From: Octopus vulgaris
Lineage: Eukaryota
Reading direction: 5' to 3'
Length of the DNA stretch: 64,000 bases
Assembly (NCBI GenBank): GCA_951406725.2
Contig: OX597815.1
Location: 129,828,001-129,892,000, forward strand
The notes beneath the pieces are model-generated. The model was not told the DNA's origin. It searched no databases and saw only the letters and a program-made list of their open reading frames with translations. How positions within the stretch are numbered: the stretch's first letter is position 1; every line of letters begins with the position of its first letter. Made by a program: the position numbers and the translations under genes. Positions 37,160 through 49,894 of the stretch are shown here, one piece after another.

Positions 37160-39580
37160 TGTATTTTTCTGACAAGTATCGACACTATAAGAAATGGAGA
37201 ATTTAAGAATGAATGGAAATTCGAAAAAGTTGGGAAGAACTATGGTGTAGATGCAAAAGGCCTGAATGTTGTAATTGAAAAACTGGAGCAACGGACACAT
37301 GCAAAGAAAGTAAAGCTAACTAGGTTTGAACAACGGATTAAACAATACCAGCAAAACAAATTGTTTAGAACCGACTAAAAAAATAAAAAGATTTTATCAA
37401 AAGATTAATGACAATAAAAACGTGAAAGATTAATTCCTGATGCTGAAGGAAGTCGACTTTTCAGGGGTAAAATATGGAGTAAGCAAGGACAACATAATAC
37501 TACATCTGAATGGCTCTGCAGCCTGAAGCATTCAGCTTCTTATCCCCGGCAAGAGGCTACCCACTTCACAGAAGATAGTATCAGAAATATGAGTAAAAAG
37601 ATAAGCAACTGGAAAGCAGCAGGACCTGATGGTGTACAGGGATTTTGGATAAAAAAAACTTCAGTAGTTGCCATAAATTGATCGCAGAGCAATTTAATGC
37701 ATTGATCAACGGAGAAGAAATCTCGGGCTGGTTGACAAAAGGACGAACGGTGTTATGCCTGAAGGATGCATCAAAGGGAAATGCTGACAGTTACAGACCA
37801 ATTCCCTTCCTCCCATTAATGTGGAAATTACTGTCAGGAGGAATTGCAGAAGACCTGTATAGATTTCTTGATCAGAACGATATATAATCGCCGGAGCAAG
37901 AAGGCTGTAGAAGGAGATCTGTTTGGAATTGTGAGGAATGTAACGTGTTTCCTGAAGAGAAGTTTGGTGGGATGGAAAACCGAACTGACATCTCACGGAA
38001 AAAGCTTGGGTACACTGGGTATCAGGAGAGGGATTTTCCAGAGTGATAGCCTATCTCCGTTGCTATTTGTTCTTAGGAAAATGAACCTGGGGTACCAACT
38101 GAAGGAAAAATCCTAAACAATCAACCACCTCTTCTTCATAGATGATTTGAAACTGTACGGCAAAGATGAGACACAAGTGAGTTCCTTGGTGAATACGGTC
38201 CACTGTTTTAGTACTGATATTAGAATGGAAGAAGTGCAGAATAATCTACTTAAAAAGAGGCAAGGTACAGTCCCTTGTAGGGACAGAGTTACCGATCAGA
38301 GACTTGATTAAGCAAATTGAAACGGAAGGATACAAATACCTTGGTGTACTAGAGTTCAACAAGATAATGGAAAAGGAACTGAAAGAGCAGCAGAGGATGG
38401 AGTATTTCCGAAGATTGAGGTTGGTGTTGCGCTTAAAATTAGCTGGATGGAATAAAATCCATGCAGTTAATATGTGGGCGATGGCATCACTTCGGTATGG
38501 AACGGGAATTATAAAATGGTAAAAGAGAGAAATGAAGAAAATGGATACCAAGACCAGAAAAAGCTTTATACTGAGCCTTCTATCTTAAAAGTGACACCAA
38601 TAGGCTGTACTTGTCTAGAAGAAAGGGTGGGGGAGGTTTAATCAATTGCCAGGACTGTGTCGAAGCAGAGGAAAACAGCCTAGGTTGGTATATAAAAAAT
38701 GGTGTGGAGCCACTGTTGAAACACACGTCATCAGCACTGAAAATTGTGTAACGAAAGAAAAATTTAAACAAGAAATAAACAAAAAAAAAGAAAAAAGAAA
38801 AAACATAGAAGAAAAAGAAAATGTACGATCAGTTTGCAAGAGATGTGAATGCCAAACACAGAGGACAAATACAGAGGACCGGTGGCTATGGCTGAAGATA
38901 GAGACAGAAGCACGCATACGCGCAGCTCAGGACTAAGCATTAAGGACCAACTATATGAAGTGCAGAATAATCAACACTACCGATAGCAACAAATGCAGAA
39001 AGTGTGGTGAGAGGGGTGAAACGGTATGGCTCATCGTTAGCGAATGCCCGAAATTAGCACAACGCGAGTACAAACGACGCCATGACAATGTGGCAAGAAT
39101 GATCCACTGGGAGCTCTGTGGAAATTACGCCCTTCAAAGAGTAAAGACGTGGTATGAACAAATCCATGAAGGAGTCACCGAAAATGAGAAGTGTAAAATC
39201 CTGTGGGATGAAATGATCCAGTGCGATTACCCGACCTAACATCGGAAACCGAACATTGTTGTGGTGAATAAAAAAGAAAGAACATGTATGATAATCGACA
39301 TAGCATGCCCCGGTAACAACGTGAAAGAAGAAGAAAAATAAACAACTATGGCGATGGGAAATACGAAGGTTGTGGTTAATGAAGAGAGTAGACGTGATAA
39401 CGATAGTAATTGATGAACTTGGAAGTATCAGCACTCAACTACCAATATGGCTGAAAAAGATTGGTGCAAGTGTGAAGGTAGGACACCTACAAAAATCAGC
39501 ATTGCTTGGAACTGCAAGAATTCTTAGTCTGCTGGCTGTGGACAGCTGATACTTTCCATCATACCCAACGAAGTATGCTG

Positions 39581-39582
<2 letters not shown>
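37160..39582 (+). mobile_element. R4/Dong-like RLE non-LTR retrotransposon, decayed with internal deletion, (AAT)n tail
   Basis: NWKAAGPDGVQGFWIK; GRTVLCLKD; RGIFQSDSLSPLLF; NHLFFIDDLKLY; YKYLGVLE; RLYLSRRKGGGGL; CRKCGERGETVWLIVSECPKLAQREYKRRHD; RKPNIVV...IIDIACP; LQKSALLGTARIL. Confidence 0.9.
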
Positions 39583-39648
<66 letters not shown>

Positions 39649-39667
39649 GATGATGATGATGATGATG

Positions 39668-39728
<61 letters not shown>
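39583..39728. repeat. (AAT)n/(GAT)n microsatellite
   Basis: Visible run. Confidence 0.95.
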
Positions 39729-39730
<2 letters not shown>

Positions 39731-40444
39731 GAAATCTTTTCTTTTTTTGTTACAGGAAATACATTTTGTGAGTACGTGAAACTCATTTCGCTACATGTTC
39801 CATCATTAATTTCTCTCAGGACCTTCTCAGGACACATTGTTCCAGAATCGTTGTAAAAATAGAAGCAGCTTCTTCACTCACCACCATTTATCTCTTTTGT
39901 ATTCTCATTATTTCCATATTTTCGAATTTGAAAAAGGAAAAAAAAAGAAGAGAAATATAAAAAGGGAAATATCCTGTTAATCACCATAACGTAATTTTAA
40001 TGAATTGATCCTTCCACATCAATCAATATTCCGGCTACAACGCAGAATCCCTTTATTACCGCGGCTAATCGGTTTGTTAATATCTTTCAAACCGTATTAT
40101 ACTCATATTTAGATGTCATATATAATGTACAGGCATCCATAATTTCCTGCCAAATTCTTTATAGCATGCATATATTTTTTTATTTGAAAATAGGCTCTGC
40201 TAATAGTTAGCTATAATGTTTTCATGAACCACATATAGAGTTAAGGTAGCTAGCTAAATAGATGGATTAGACAGATAGATAATCTTTTATTAGCTGAAAC
40301 CACTGCAGGAATGAGTTAAGGAACTAGATTTTCGTTCCGATACTTAACGGCGCAAGCATAGCTGTGTGGTTTCGAAATTCACTTATCATTCACATGGTTT
40401 AGGGTTCAGTCCCAATTTGCAACACCGAAACTGCAAAAACCTGT

Positions 40445-40514
40445 CCTACATACCTACAAACATACACACACACATACATACATACATACATACATACATA
40501 CATACATACATACA

Positions 40515-40545
<31 letters not shown>

Positions 40546-40606
40546 GTGTGTATGTATGTATGTATGTATGTATGTATGTATGTATGTATGTATGTATGTA
40601 TGTATG
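40445..40606. repeat. Head-to-head (CATA)n-(TATG)n inverted microsatellite inside a decayed SINE B (40348-40700)
   Basis: (CATA)n to 40542, then (TATG)n to 40606. Confidence 0.9.
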
Positions 40607-40892
40607 TCTCACTGTTAACAGTTCGCGAAAAATAGGGATCCATAGAATAAGTACCAGGCGTCAAGAGAAATAAATATTGTGCCTCTATTTAATCGACTAA
40701 TTCACAAAACAAATACATCATTACACAAAACTAATTTTGTGTAATGATGTATTACCTATATTTTCTTCTGTTCCATCCAGTATATGACCTTTTCTTATAC
40801 CGTTCCATCCAGTATGACCTTCTTGCATAAATTAGTGCCCCACGTTAAATTAAATCTTTTATGACAATTACTTAGGAAGGTAAGGACTTGTA

Positions 40893-41817
40893 CAGGGTGT
40901 TCGGGCGAAATTTGACAGTTTGTATAAAGAGAAAGAAAACACATTATCCTATCCAAAAATAAAGATATTAAAAAAAAATTACAACTAGATTATGGCTGGA
41001 AGATAATAGTTTCCTCAAAGTAGCTGCCCTCAGCTTCGAGCCCGGACTCAGCTTCGAGCACAGCCTCAGCTTCGACCACAGCCTCAGCTTCGACCACAGC
41101 CTCAGCTTCGACCACAGCCTCAAGACGGCTCTAGAACTGGGCGCATGCTTTCTCCTTTGTGTCCCTGGGAAGATCTTCGAACATCTTGATATTAGCCACC
41201 AGCTCGGCCTTGGTGTTGCAGGCAGAGCGATTGATGTCTTTCTCAACCGCTCCACACGCATAGTAATCCTGAGATCATAATCGGGAGAATTAGAAATTGG
41301 GGTCAGTATGAAATCGAAGAAATTCTTCGACAACCACTTCTGGATCTTTCTGGAGGTATGGCAAGGAACTGAATCCTGCTGTCACACATATGACCTTCCA
41401 GCAGCAACCCTCTCCATTTGCCCACAGTCTCAAGCAGCCTCACATAGGCGTTTGAATTGATCCTAAGGCTCTATTCAAATATATAATGAATCATTCCGTC
41501 GTGCGAATGCAGTCAGGATGCCTGCTGAGTGCCTTCTTACTGGCCATGGCTTTGTACTCTCTGTTGCAGCTGTCAATGTCACATCTTACAGCGTTTACAG
41601 TCTTCAGAGAGCATTAAGCATCTATCATTTTGATACCCGGCGCGAATCATCATGACACAGGTAACTCTTTTTTCATAATTCAGATGGCTTCCAGTCCCCT
41701 TGCTAGCTAACTTTTCCTCAACTACAAGTTTAGTCATTATGCTCTCCAACGCTGTCAACTGTTCATCAATACAAGAAGCTATTACTGAAAGTCGACAAAT
41801 TTAGCCCGAATACCCTG
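40893..41817 (-). mobile_element. Internally deleted Tc1/mariner-superfamily transposon
   Basis: TIRs cagggtgttcgggcgaaatttg / caaatttagcccgaataccctg, with TA on the left. Transposase remnants RVAAGRSYV*QQDSVPCHTSRKIQKWLS, NSPD, SRLEAVVEAE. Confidence 0.85.
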
Positions 41818-41829
41818 TGTAATGCATTC

Positions 41830-42040
41830 CAATAAAGGTACAAGACTCCAAATTTTCTGAGGAGAAGGCTAGTCGATATAATAAACCCAGTACTTGACTG
41901 GTATTTTATTATATCGACCCTGAGAAGACGGCAGGCAAATTTTACTTCAACAGGATTTTGAAACCAAATCGTAAAGAGCCGGAAAAATACCGCCAAGCAT
42001 TTTGTACGACACTCTAACGATTCTGCTCACTCGCTGCCTT
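41830..42040 (-). mobile_element. SINE family A (decayed)
   Basis: Reverse complement of family A. Confidence 0.75.
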
Positions 42041-42243
42041 GAGGATGTTTATAATGAAATTATATTGGACCTTGGCACATTATGACTCATATTTTCTGCT
42101 CACTGATAACACAATATCTTATAATTTTTCTATTGTCAACAGCACATTTTATCGCACGATGACGACATCGCATTTTGTATATGAGTGTATATCTGTGTAT
42201 GAGTGTGTATGTGTCTGTGTTTCCGCGTTACGTACGTTATTAA

Positions 42244-42292
42244 ACACACACACACATCTACACATACACACACACACATTCACACACACACA

Positions 42293-42381
<89 letters not shown>
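42244..42381. repeat. (CA)n microsatellite
   Basis: Visible run. Confidence 0.95.
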
Positions 42382-42383
<2 letters not shown>

Positions 42384-42764
42384 GACTACTGACATGCCTG
42401 AAGGAATGTATGTGAGTACTAGAGGTGAAACTCTTGAAAAGAAACAATGAGGTGGCAAAGGTCCAAGGCATATATAAAGATATACATTGAAACAAATAAA
42501 GGATAAAAGATTCTTGCTGGAGAGGTTTTTTCACAAATAAATAAACTCTCTTCCTGGTATCGAACCCCTGTCTTATATTTACTTTAGATATTTATATGCT
42601 GCATGTTGTTGAAAGTTTTGAGAGGCGACGGCAGTTGAAAATGTAATTCAGTTTGGTTATTTCGCCTCTTAACAGCAGACAAAATTATTGACTTCTTCAA
42701 ACTTCACCAGGTGAGAGGCAAATGAGATTAAGAATGAAATTAGAGTATTGGATGGCAGGTAGTT

Positions 42765-43350
42765 ACAGGAGGAGAGGGGATGAAGAGGGGAATGAAGGGA
42801 GAGAGAGAGAAAGAGAGAAAGAGAGGGTGAGAGAGGGAGAGGAGGGAGAGGGAGAGTGAGGGAGAGAGAGAGTGAGAGAGAGTGAGAGAGAGAGAGGAGG
42901 GAGAGATAGGGAGAGTGAGGGAGATAGATAGATAGATAGATAGATAGCTAGAGAGAGGGAGAGAGGGAATATGTGTGATAAAGGGGGAGACGTAAGATAG
43001 GGAGAGAGAGCAAGAAAAAAGAAAGCAAGAGAAGAGAAAGAGAGAAGGGAGAGCGAGAGAAAAGAGAGAATGTGTATGAAAAAGAAAGAGGGTGATAGAG
43101 TAGAGAGGCCGAGAAGAGAGAGAAGAGAAGAAGAGGTAAAGGGAGAAAGGGAGAGAGAAAAGAGAAAGAGAGAGAAAATGAGAGAGTGGAAAAGGCAGTG
43201 GTAGAAGACAGAGTGAAGAGTAATAGAAACGAGAGAGAATGAAAGAGCGGGAACGAGAACAACAGGGGTAGAGAAAGAGAGAGAAAGAGAGATGGAAGAG
43301 AGAGAGAGAGAGAGAGAGAGGGTGAAAGAGAGAGAGAGAGAGAGTGAGTG
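42765..43350. repeat. Polypurine (GA-rich) tract
   Basis: ~600 bp almost purely A/G on the plus strand. Confidence 0.9.
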
Positions 43351-43686
43351 AAAGTGTGTATGTGTACTTGAAAGAGGGGGAGTAGAGACAGAGAGTGTAT
43401 ATATATGTGTGTGTATGTGTACTTGAAAGAGGGGTAGTAGAGACAGAGAGTGTATATATATGTGTGTGTGTGTGTGTGTGTGCGTGAGTGTATGTATGTG
43501 TATGTATGTTTATGCTGTATATGCGCGTTTGTGTGTGTATGTTTATATATGTGCGTGTGTTTGCATGTGTATACGATTGTGTGTGAGTGTGCCTGAGTGT
43601 CTAACTCGACGTATGTGAACTGACCGAATTTTCACTGAAGGTTTCTAGTGGCTTGCTATATCATCATCGTACGTGGGTGTCATTAC

Positions 43687-43832
43687 CTGGAGGTGACACT
43701 GATCGATGTTCAATAACCTCGATTTCCTCTCTTATTTTTTTCTTCTTCTTAATTTCTGTTATTCTATTCAAATTAGTTTTTGAATTGCATTTATCTATGT
43801 CTGTATTGTAATATTTTGTATATTTTCTGACC
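43687..43832 (-). CDS. Candidate internal coding exon of an unidentified host gene
   Basis: Acceptor tttccttatttgctgcag|, 146 nt open frame VRKYTKYYNTDIDKCNSKTNLNRITEIKKKKKIREEIEVIEHRSVSPP, donor cag|gtaatg; unique sequence. Confidence 0.4.
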
Positions 43833-44029
43833 CTGCAGCAAATAAGGAAATTTATTTGCAACATTCCTTATTCTGTTTTCGTTATATTAAACATTTCTTC
43901 TGAGTTTTCAATTCTAGTTTCTCGTCCTCATTTAGTTTCAGTAATAGCAACAATAGTAGTAGTAGTGGTGGTGGTGGTGGTTGTAATAGTACAAGAGCGC
44001 GTGCGAGAGCAGACACACATACACATATG

Positions 44030-44060
<31 letters not shown>

Positions 44061-44173
44061 ATGTGTGTGTATGTGTGTGTGTGCATATAAACGTTTCTCA
44101 AATTTTTTTCATATAGACAAAATTAAAAATAATAACGAAAACATATCCATTTCTATATACATTATATATAAAT

Positions 44174-44455
44174 ACTAGCAGTATCGCCCGGCGTTGCTCG
44201 GGTTTGTAAGGGAAATAACTATATAAGCATTTTTAGAGAGTTACTTTCCTTATATAATAGCAAAAAATGCGTTAAAAATGGGAAAAAATGATGGTAAATT
44301 TTTTTTTAACCGTAGACTCATCGTAGACGCGCGCTAATACCCAGAAGGGCTCGATATGAGTCACGACTATAAGATACCCGCTTTTGGTTACACTGCACCG
44401 CAAAATGTGGGAGTAGTTACGAATCTAAGTCGTAGGAGACAGACACACAACTTCA

Positions 44456-44465
<10 letters not shown>
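44174..44465 (-). mobile_element. Non-autonomous Helitron
   Basis: Minus-strand 3' end has the hairpin cccgagcaacgccggg followed by ctag|t; the other end lies in (TA)n. Confidence 0.75.
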
Positions 44466-44494
<29 letters not shown>

Positions 44495-44528
44495 TAATTT
44501 ATATATATATATAAATCTGAGAAACATT

Positions 44529-44569
<41 letters not shown>

Positions 44570-44617
44570 GTATATATATATATATACGTATATATGCACA
44601 CACACACACACACACAC

Positions 44618-44669
<52 letters not shown>

Positions 44670-44671
44670 TC

Positions 44672-45063
44672 ATTACTCTCTTTTGTTTCAGTCATTTGAC
44701 TGTGGCCATGCTGGAGCACTGCCTTTAGTCGAGCAAATCGACCTCAGGACGTATTCTTTGTAAGCCTAGTACTTATTCAATCGGTGTCTTTTGCCGAACC
44801 GCTAAGTTACGTAAACACACTTGCATCGGTTGTCAAGCGATAATGGGGGCACAAAACTCGAACATATAAACACACACACACATACATATATACATATATA
44901 CGACGGGCTTCTTTCAGTTTCCGTCTACTGTATCCACTCACAAGGCTTTGGTAGGCCCGAGGTTATAGTAGAAGACACTTGCCCAAGGTGCCACATAGTG
45001 GGAATGAACCCGGAACCATGCGGTTGGTAAGCAAGCTACTTACCACACAGCCACTCCTGCGCC
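44672..45063 (-). mobile_element. SINE family B (full copy)
   Basis: Reverse complement of 35674-36073. Confidence 0.9.
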
Positions 45064-45098
<35 letters not shown>

Positions 45099-45372
45099 AT
45101 GTATATATGTGTATATGTTTGAATTCATGTATGAATGTATGAGTGCATATGTGTATGTGTATGCGCGCGTGTGTGGGTTCGTGTGTGTGAGTGTGTGACT
45201 TCTACCTTGAGAGGGTGATTTTGACAATGAAAACAATCATACTTGTATTATTGGCAAAATGACCATTTCAAGGCATCACAACATCTGTTTTAACACACTC
45301 GTTCACATCAATAATCTTGCAAAAACAAATACAAAAACAAAATATACCTACACATATGAACACACATGCACG

Positions 45373-45423
<51 letters not shown>

Positions 45424-45468
45424 GCACGCACGCACGCACGCACACACGCACGCACGCACACACGCACG

Positions 45469-45499
<31 letters not shown>

Positions 45500-45871
45500 A
45501 GAAGCACAAAGACAGACAATTTTAAATATACACGAGTATATGCTTAGTTAAAACACTGTGCGTGTGTGTGTAAATGTATTTAAAAATATGTTCTTATTTG
45601 AATTCCCCTGCAGTAATGAATAGATATGTTTTTCTTTATTTATTTTTAATTTTGTCAATATAATTTTTAAAAATCTGAAAAGCGTTTCTGAAGCTGGTAT
45701 TTGAAATAGTTTATATCAGGGTTTTCCAACAAAAGGTTATCCACATTAGAACCGAAGTTAGGCCCTGAGTAGCTGGAGCACTTCAGATTCGGTGAGTTCC
45801 TCCAACTTAGAAATTAAGATACACGGCAGATCACAACATTCACATGTCAAAGTCTCTATATTGCTCGTAAT

Positions 45872-46085
45872 TAAGGCAGTGAGCAGGTACAATCGTTACT
45901 GTTCCGGACAAAATGCTTAGCAGCATTTCTTCCGAGTTAACGTTCTCAGTTCAAATATCACAGGGGTCGACTTTGCCTTCTGTCCTTTCGGGTCGATAAA
46001 ATAAGTAACAGTTGAACACTGGGGTCAATGTAATCGATTAACCCTTTCCCAGAAATTACTGACCTTGTGCCAAAATTTGAAACTT
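45872..46085 (+). mobile_element. SINE family A
   Basis: Homologous to 7724-7938. Confidence 0.85.
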
Positions 46086-46719
46086 ATATTGCATGTAATC
46101 GGAAATGTTATATATATATAAAAGGATAAAATGCAAAAAATATATCCTGTATTTTTGAATTTGGTTTGCAAGATTCTTGATGTGGAATCGTGTATTAAAA
46201 AAGATTTGGTTGTATCTTGGGAGGATTGTTATGTCAATAATAAACACACGCACTGATTTTGTGTAACTTCTTTTATCATTATTAGTAAAACTAGTTAACC
46301 ATAGACAGACCTAGAATAGTGAAGACATGTCATTGATGAAACTGCAAATGGTGACGAAAGGACTCTGGCGACCAAGCTGATTGACTGACCGAACGATTAA
46401 TCAGACAATCGATTAGTTAACTGGATAAATAGCTAATAAATGATATTAAAAAGAATGAAATAGAACCAGTGCATGTATTTATAATTGACATAATGACCTT
46501 CCGAAGATATAACAAATGCTACATATACATAAGTGTATATAGCGTTGCCCCAGCATGGTCACAACCTCAAGGCTGAAACAGATATAAATGTAGTTAGTCC
46601 ACATTACTCCATAAGGAGCATAGGATCGGTTTCTTGGTTTCTTTGATGTATATATTCCTCCCTGGACAGGACACCGGTCCATTACAGTGTAGCAATAGCC
46701 ATTTTAGCCATTTTAAAAT

Positions 46720-46970
46720 GTGGCGCGAATTGGCAATATGACGTAATGTCTTTGCCGAGGAATTGTCATTTTCGTTCTTTTCTCATTGGTTAGTGTAACT
46801 GCTCGTATAAAGATTCTAGAAGTTTCGAAAAGAATGTCTGTCCTGAATTTCGATTCTTTTTGATCAGGTTGAGCAGTTATAAAAACCCTGGATTTAGGGA
46901 GAGACTTTAGTGTTCGTTCGGTAGTCATTCAACTCCACGACACTCACTCTTTTGGAGACATCGGTAAATT
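46720..46970 (+). promoter_or_regulatory. Candidate Pol II promoter: HSE, TATA box, initiator and first-exon donor
   Basis: aTTCtaGAAgtTTCg (46813-27); TATAAAA (46878-84); ttAgt with A at 46909, 31 nt after the TATA; cg|gtaaat donor at 46963/4. Upstream: tgacgtaa (46739-46), attgg (46785-89), tggcgcgaa (46721-29). Confidence 0.5.
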
Positions 46971-47469
46971 TTTATGCCATGTCTACGTTAATCACAAATC
47001 TATTTTGATTTGTTGGTTAACGTATTAGATAGAAAAAGAAATTAGCTAAGGAATATAAAGTCGTTTTTTCTTCACGACTAAGTTATCATTCTTCTTGTAA
47101 ATAAATATAAAATGTTATATTTATATAAATAAAATAATTAAAAAGAAAATGTTTCTCTTCACGTTTGTTTTTCAACTGAGCATAGATAAATATGCATTTC
47201 TGTAATCTTTGTTTTATGTTTCTTATAGCGGTTTAAAGGACACGATTAAAATATTCAACATACATGGTCGTTGAGTTAGCGTTCCATGCGTATATGTCTA
47301 TATGACGTTACAACTGCAGTTAGGGTTAAAGATACAATGATAACACTTTAGTATAAGTGACGATAAATCATTATGTTTCCCTTACTCAGAGGAAAGCCTA
47401 AATAAATAATATAACTTAAGAGAAAGCTTAAGGTAGAATAAACCGACAGCCGCCATAACAGGATTAATC

Positions 47470-47612
47470 ATTTTTACCAGCCGAGTGGACTGGACTGACG
47501 TGAAATTAAGTGTTTTGCTCAAGAACACAACGCATCACCCGGTTCAGTAATCGAAACTACAATCTTATGATCATGAGTCTAAAACCCTAACCACTAAGCC
47601 ATACACCTCCAC
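47470..47612 (-). mobile_element. tRNA-derived SINE head (family D-like)
   Basis: Minus strand tggcttagtggttaggg...gtttcgattac...ttcttgagcaaaacac. Confidence 0.75.
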
Positions 47613-47649
47613 TGTTATACATAAGTGCTTTATAGAAATATACATAGAT

Positions 47650-47760
47650 TCATGAATGTTAAATATAATATATGAATGTTAAATGTAATATATGAATGTT
47701 AAATATACATCAACTCATGAATGTTAAATATAATATATGAATGTTAAATGTAATATACGG
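47650..47760. repeat. Short 21 bp minisatellite (atgaatgttaaat(a/g)taatat)
   Basis: Five imperfect units. Confidence 0.85.
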
Positions 47761-48169
47761 ATGTGCTACAACAGGACTTTTAGCAAACGCATTAGAAAGT
47801 TTTGGCAAAAATGTACTACATCAAGAAAACTTAAATGCTAGAAAATTAATCAAACTTAGTTCAAATTCTAAATAAACTTATCTCATATTCATTATATTTG
47901 CATGAAATAAGAGAGCCAACGTTCGCTTCTAACAAAGAGGCCCTGGGCAATTGTCCCTTTTGCTCCACCCCTATAAATTCGGCTCCGACTCATTGCCCTT
48001 GTAGAAGCAAGACAACATTCCAGTTAGTGCGACAAACGGGTAAGTATAACATGTGCTGTATTACAATCGTTTTTCAGAATAAAAGTATTAACTAATTTAT
48101 AAAGATAACTATTTCTGTAACCACTGACATCTGCAATAACTTTGTTATTTTACGTACTTTATCTTTTAC

Positions 48170-48450
48170 GATTCAGCCATTGGACAGCAGCCATCCTGAG
48201 ACACCCTCCTGAAAGGCTTTAGTCGAACAATGCGACTCCACTGCTTATTTCTTAGTCTAATACTCTGTCGCTCTTTTGGCAAATGGAGGTGTAGGAAAAC
48301 ACAGAGTTAAACACCCCACCACACAACATACACACACATATTCAACGGGCTTCCACACTGTTTCCTTCTACGAAATTCACCCACAAGACTTTTGGTCGAC
48401 TCGGGGTTATAGCTGAAGAAACTTGCCCGAGGTATTGCGAATGGGGACTG
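48170..48450 (-). mobile_element. SINE family B (decayed)
   Basis: cacaagactttggtcgactcggggttatag..gaa.acttgccc matches the reverse complement of family B. Confidence 0.65.
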
Positions 48451-49000
48451 AAAATTTTCAGCAAAACGCCAAAATGTAAAAAATGAGCAAGACAAATGAA
48501 AATATACGTTGCTCATTTTTCACATTTTTGGCGTTTTGCTGAAATTTTTCTTGAAAACACACTAATATAATTTTTAATCTTCGGAGTTTTTAAATATGCT
48601 AAGCCACTGGTTTTAATTGATTAATATCAATTTCTACCCTCATTATTTTATTTTAAATAACAATGTTCTCTAACCGGTAAATTTGCTGCTGAGATTTATT
48701 AACTGCAGAGTTATTTCCGGCCTCAGCGCGCCAAAATGAAGACATTTGAAAAATATTTCCAAATATAATTTGCAGAACTTTATACGTGCTCTCTTTCGGG
48801 TGAGCGTTCTGTGTCTAGTTCTGGAAATTGTGTTTTGTAAGCGACAAACTACGCTGATGATTTTGCAGATATTTACATACGTAAATATTAACAAGTGAAA
48901 CAATGGTACATAGGTAATCGATTTTTATTTCGTGTATTTTCATTTGTCTTGCTCATTTTTTACATTTTGGCTTTTTGCAAACATTTTTCTTGAGAACACA
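48451..49000. repeat. Fold-back element: local hairpin 48451-48549 plus distant inverted copy 48931-49000
   Basis: gccaaaatgtaaaaaatgagcaagacaaatgaaaata is reverse-complemented at 48510-48549 and 48931-48975. Confidence 0.85.
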
Positions 49001-49087
49001 CTCTTCGTGGTAATGGCGATTTGACGTCTATATTTAGCATATTAGGAGTCCACTTTAGTGGTCATTACTCTTAATTTTGTATGTATG

Positions 49088-49121
<34 letters not shown>

Positions 49122-49714
49122 TGTATGTATGTATGTATGTATGTATGTATGCATGCATGTATATATATATAGCATACCACTATATGAGTACCCCACACAC
49201 TGTTTAACTCAGTACACATACCACATACCATCATGCACATTCCCACATCCATACAAACCCACAACACATGAACACAGACTAGCACATAATACCTGAACAC
49301 AGGCTACATATGCATACACACACAACATGCATTAACACTCGCAACACACATAGACAAATATAACTTTTGCCTACATATGTACACCATAAACATGCACACT
49401 GTTTGGTCACACGAGCACACATCACGTGCAAAAGCACACATCAACTGCTACACACAACACACACACACACATGTTATACACGCACACATTCATACACGTC
49501 AGAGTCACTAACCACTATTCACACATATACACTCACACACTCACTCACACACAGCATTCTCACATACACAGACGCACGCGCACCTTCTCTTGTTGAGATC
49601 ACTTGCACTTTGTTATCTCCCTTTCTGTCAACGTTTTCCCAATCATTCACCATGTCGGACCGCTGTACTCTAAAAGGTTTTTTTTCATTGTCTCTCTGTT
49701 TATTTTCTCATTCC

Positions 49715-49750
49715 TTTCTGCTGAAGAGCGTAGGCTCGAAACGTAAAAAA
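49715..49750 (+). ncRNA. Minimal hammerhead-like motif in a (TA)n-terminated element (~49600-49840)
   Basis: CTGAAGA-gcgtaggctc-GAAACGTA (49721-45). Core intact, palindromic ACGT stem III, weak stems I and II. Confidence 0.5.
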
Positions 49751-49837
49751 CTTTTCCATTTTTCCCGAGCGTGAAATTGATAAAACTTGGTTGTTCATAC
49801 ACCTGTCTTCATCATTTGTTTTTCTATAAATTTCAAC

Positions 49838-49894
<57 letters not shown>

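Noticed and set aside
39880-39930. Minus-strand exon ending tg|gtgagt
   Set aside because: The polypyrimidine tract ends in caa rather than an AG acceptor.
41028-41117. CRISPR-like array
   Set aside because: Contiguous tandem units with no spacers, eukaryotic context and no cas genes.
45720-45795. Plus-strand exon ending cg|gtgagt
   Set aside because: Stops in all three frames; no other support.
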